A stretch of DNA of 64,000 nt from Dudresnaya verticillata (Eukaryota): the NCBI GenBank assembly GCA_977862235.1, contig OZ374564.1, forward strand, positions 2,046,001 to 2,110,000, read 5' to 3'. The position numbers and the translations under genes were made by a program. The notes under the pieces were generated by a model. It was not told where the DNA came from. It did not search any database and saw only the letters and a list, made by a program, of their open reading frames with translations. Within the stretch, counting starts at the first letter, position 1; the number at the start of each line of letters is the position of its first letter. Shown here one piece after another: positions 60,085-64,000 of this stretch.

Positions 60085-60750
60085 TGTGGTATAGTGAGGT
60101 TCGCAGATGGTGAGGGTGCGGAACGGATATAGTGTGGCCCGCTGTTTTCACCCGCTTTTGTGATCTGGCAACGCGTATCCGTGTCGGTTTGGGGTTCATT
60201 GCTGTACAGGAGTGACGCGCACCAACCGTAGCGGAGTATTTGTAGTATTTATTATTTATTTTTAGTCAGACTGTGTACAGTGTGTAGAGCAGCGCGCCAG
60301 CCAATGACAATGCTGCGCATTTCCGTGTCGGAGATTGGGACCAGCAGGGCCAATTCCACCATGGGTCCACACCACTAGAGTCTGGCCCACACGGACCGGA
60401 CCGCTCGGTGCCACCCTGACTTGTATATCAGGGCGGCACCGCAGCGGCTCCTAAGGTAAACGGGCAAACAACCCTTGAGCCTCAATCCCACTGTAGCTCT
60501 TTTCTTTACGGTTTTCCCCGCCCCGAACCCGTTCCGGTCTACCACCACCACCGTTACGGGGTCCTTCCCGGCACTTGTATGACCCCCTTGTCCGTTGCAT
60601 CCCAATGTCCGTTTCGGTTAGCCACTCCCTGTTCTCCCGTCTCGGTGTGAACTGCTCTACCACTCCGTGGAGGTAGTATCGCTCTCGTCCCGAGTAGGAA
60701 AGTCAGACCAGCTGTCCGTTACGGAGTTCGTGGGTTTTCACTACACCACA
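60085..60750 (+). mobile_element. LTR family A copy (long subtype, diverged 5' part, no TSD)
   Basis: TGTGGTATAGTGAG...CACTACACCACA; collinear with 8029-8708. Confidence 0.85.
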
Positions 60751-61088
60751 CCTTTCAAAAGTCTACCAACCTCCACCGAACTAACACAACCTAGCGTGTG
60801 TCGCCAGACAGCTGTCCCTTTTCTTTCGTTTGCTGTTTTGGCCGGCGCTGTACTGTTACACGGGCGCTTCTCGTTCCATTTAGGGAAGCAAACTGCAGGA
60901 TAGTCACAGAACGGCAGGTTCCCTATGGAATACCGTGTCGCGTCCTCTCTTTTATTCCTTTTTTCCTGGCCTAGTGCCATTGCCTTTAGCCACTTTGACG
61001 CCTACGCGCTACCCTTGAGCACGAAGGTTTTCGTCAGGCGTGCTTTGTTGTCTTTGACCTGTTTATGGGCTGGACCCGTGGTGCTACT
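60751..61088 (+). repeat. Partial LTR related to 3903-4502
   Basis: Shares CGGGCGCTT, ACGGCAGGTTCCCT, TTCCTGGCCTAG, GGGCTGGACCCGT and GTGCTAC with 4277-4501. Left boundary approximate. Confidence 0.75.
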
Positions 61089-61576
61089 TTGTAACATGCG
61101 TTATGCATATATAGACTGTATATCATTTGTCGAAGTACTTTGATATATGTTTGTCATAAAGGATAGAGATCCTCGAACGCACTACATGATATCTATTGTA
61201 GCAACGATAAATTTGTAATAGTTATTGTTTTAGAAAGATATCTCACTTCCGCTAGAACTGCATGTTCTGTGTGTGCTGGTTCTCTATATAAGAAATAGAC
61301 AACAGCATAGATCTAAAAAGACAGCAGCAGATAGACTCAGACAAGATTCAACACAGCTCTACCCAGTTACAATTCTCTCAACTGTTCTACTAAAGTTTGT
61401 TCTACCAGATACTGTTGACTGTTACCGCCACCACTGTCAAATTGCTACCATACCCATTCTTATGTTGCTACAGCCTTTTATCCTTTTCCTAAGTCTCTAC
61501 CACCCCTCATTCCGAGCTACACTCGTTAGGGTGTGTGCGTTGACAGGACAGCTGTCCTTGCCGATTAGCGGGCTAC

Positions 61577-61953
61577 TTGCTCGTCGCGCCATACTACTAC
61601 AGATTGCCATCAAATCCCGCAGAGAGATGCAGGAAGCTCGGTCTCCCCAGCCCCATCCTCCCGGTGCGCTCCATTGTCCATCGGATCCAGGAAGAAAGTT
61701 GGGGATATTTAGGGGTCCATCCATATCCAAAATCGACGGTGTCGGTGTGCATCGCAGCATCGGGTTGCGCTGTATGCATACAGCGTCCCTGCAGTTCGGC
61801 TGTGGACAACTCCTTCCACTTCAGCAAGCCCCGAATGCCTTAATGACTTACCCGACGTCTCCCGCGTTGATCCAAGAGTCCCTTGGACAGGTCCCAATAT
61901 AGTGAACGGGTGTAGAAGCGCGCCCATGGCATGGACAGCGTAAGCGACACGCA
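61577..61953 (-). mobile_element. Decayed DIRS RT/RNase H fragment, preceded by an LTR-U5-like piece (~61490-61576)
   Basis: LKWKELSTAELQGRCMHTAQPDAAMHTD and RASCISLRDL match ~787-1150 in reverse. Confidence 0.9.
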
Positions 61954-62390
61954 CTGGTCGACCTGTGGCGCGCGCTGCCGTCGTCGGCGTTCCGCGACCC
62001 GTTCGTCAACGTCAACCCCGACTCTCCAAACAAACTGTCCATTGCGGGTACACTACCGACTTTTGTATACACTTTACGGAACATGTGCAGCTCGAGAGGG
62101 GCTCGTACTGTAGCAACGGGCTCGTACTGTAGCAACTTCCAAACGGCGGCGCGCCGGAGCGCTTGTTCGTTCGTCCAGCAACGCATTATCCGCGTAACAA
62201 GCGCGTCAGACGACCACGCTCTCGCCGCCACCCCGAAAACATGCTCGCACCCCGGCAAGCCCTTCCGTTCTCGGCCGTTCCGACGGCCTCATCAGCCACA
62301 CCGACACCCGCTCCCCGCTAGCCCCGCGTCATGATCGCATGAACAGGGGCCCCACGCCTCGCTGCGAACAAGATGCAACACCCGACCATC

Positions 62391-63811
62391 ATGCGCTTAA
62401 CACGCACCCATGCGCCCGTCATCGCCGTCCTCTCCCTACTCGTCACCGCTGCATCGGCCGCGCAGCGCTCAACCACCTGCCCCAAAGTCATACCAGATCC
62501 CGCTGCTGGCGCGGTCGAGCCGTTCATCGTCAATGGCGACGAGGTCTCCCCGGGGCTGCGGCCTTACATCGCCGCGCTTTTCGCGGAGGGCCAAAACGAA
62601 GGCGATAAATCGGTGGAGTGCACCGTCTTTCCTATCGCCAACCGCTTTCTGCTAACTGCTGCCCATTGCAAGCCCGCAGCTAAGAAAAGCTATATCGCCT
62701 TCAACACCGACGATGTGCATGCCTCAACTGGTCCGTTTGTTCAAGTGATCCAAACTATTGTACATCCGCTCTACGACGATATGACTGATGATGGCACGTA
62801 TGACGTCGCCGTTATCGAGCTTGAATCCAACATTCCTTCCGAAGCCAAAATAATGAAAGTCAACGTGGAGTGCAACCTCCCCCTCCGAGAATCCTTTACC
62901 AGAGCAGCAGGCTACGGAGTCCTTACCAATAACAAGACTACGACCGGACTTCTCAGACAAGTGGACTTACCGTTCGTTTCTCCAGACGAATGCGAGAAGA
63001 TCTATGACAACTCTACATTCGATAAGGTCACAGAATTGAATCATTTGTGTGCAGGGTATGTTGGGAAAAGTGGCTGCGGTCCATGGTAAGTTGTGCTCGC
63101 AAAAACAAAAAGATGGCGGGGGCTGAGTTTGAAAGTCATTTGCTTTGAGAGAGAGAGGGGGAGAGAGAGAGAGAGAGATGACGCCCGCAACATAGCTGAC
63201 TCGCCATTCCACGATATGCATTCTCCCTCCGCGCGCACACACTTTTTATTTATGGTTTTGTGTTGGACAGCGATTTCGACAGCGGCGGGCCGCTGATACA
63301 GTACGATCCTTCCGGAATCCCTGTAGCGCTCGGTATTCTCTCTCGCGGCCCCGAGGTTTGCGGTGACGGGAAACATCCCGACGTCTACGTGCGGGTATCG
63401 AAGCACATAGAATGGATTGAGAAGCAGATCGGCGAGGAGGTGAGGCGGTCGAGCCAAGTGGCGTCTGTATTTGGCAACGGGTCAAGCGTGGTGGCGATCG
63501 GGACAAAGCAGTGCCTGCAGGACGCGACGATCAGCGCGGCTCCGGGAGGCGCCCCTGCTGCGTCGGCGTCGGCGTCATCCACGGCGGGTGGCTCTCCGAC
63601 GCCTGGGTCGTCGCCGCCGCGGCCCACGTCTTCCGCGCCGCCCATCCTCAACCCGTCACAGCCCAACTTGGCGCAGGAAGGGTCGGCGGGGACTTCCCGC
63701 GGCGTCGTGGTGGGCGTCGTGGTGGGGCTGGTGGCGTTTGTGCCCGTGGCGCTGGGGGCCATTGTGGTTTTCAGACGCGGGCGCGCGAGGGGCGCGGGCG
63801 GCGCGATGTAG
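62391..63811 (+). CDS. Membrane-anchored S1 serine protease 3 (exons 62391-63085, 63271-63811; 411 aa)
   Basis: Close paralogue of gene 2 with TAAHC, YDVAVIEL and spliced CDFDSGGP; shorter stalk; (GA)n tract in the intron. Confidence 0.92.
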
Positions 63812-64000
63812 CGCGGGTGCGGGTGGGTGTTGTTGCTGTTGTGGCGGCTGGGGGATGTTCTCAGGGGTTGTGAATGGGACTGCGGGTTGATATTGCATTG
63901 CTACGGAAGATGCGAAGGAAGGAATAGGTGCGAGGTTGAAGGCATATTGTAGGTTGTTGTAACGGTCTTAAACGATTGCAAAAAAGAGCGAGTTGCGGTC

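Overview
This is eukaryotic nuclear DNA: it has GT-AG introns, TATA boxes and nested transposable elements. The style is reminiscent of red-algal genomes, but that is an unverified impression. Positions 1-37.4 kb are a nest of mobile elements. They comprise a DIRS-type tyrosine-recombinase retrotransposon, a pogo/Fot1-like DD35D transposon split by a solo LTR, an internally deleted and probably chimeric chromoviral Ty3/gypsy element (A), a decayed Sola-type transposase beside an argininosuccinate lyase fragment, several solo LTRs with exact target-site duplications, and a ~13.6 kb minus-strand chromovirus (B). Element B carries an unusual ~677-codon antisense ORF ending in SUMO-related motifs and flanked by two tandem-repeat arrays. 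Positions 37.4-64 kb are a cell-surface gene cluster. It contains five copies or fragments of an unrecognised ~9-TM protein with hypervariable Cys-containing loops, and two copies of an unrecognised secreted protein, each convergent with a TM-gene copy. It also contains three single-intron, C-terminally anchored S1 (trypsin-fold) serine proteases, one of which is an intact but catalytically dead pseudoprotease. The best candidates for undescribed systems are the antisense accessory gene of element B and the TM/secreted/protease-pseudoprotease cluster. All family calls come from reading motifs by eye; no database search was run.
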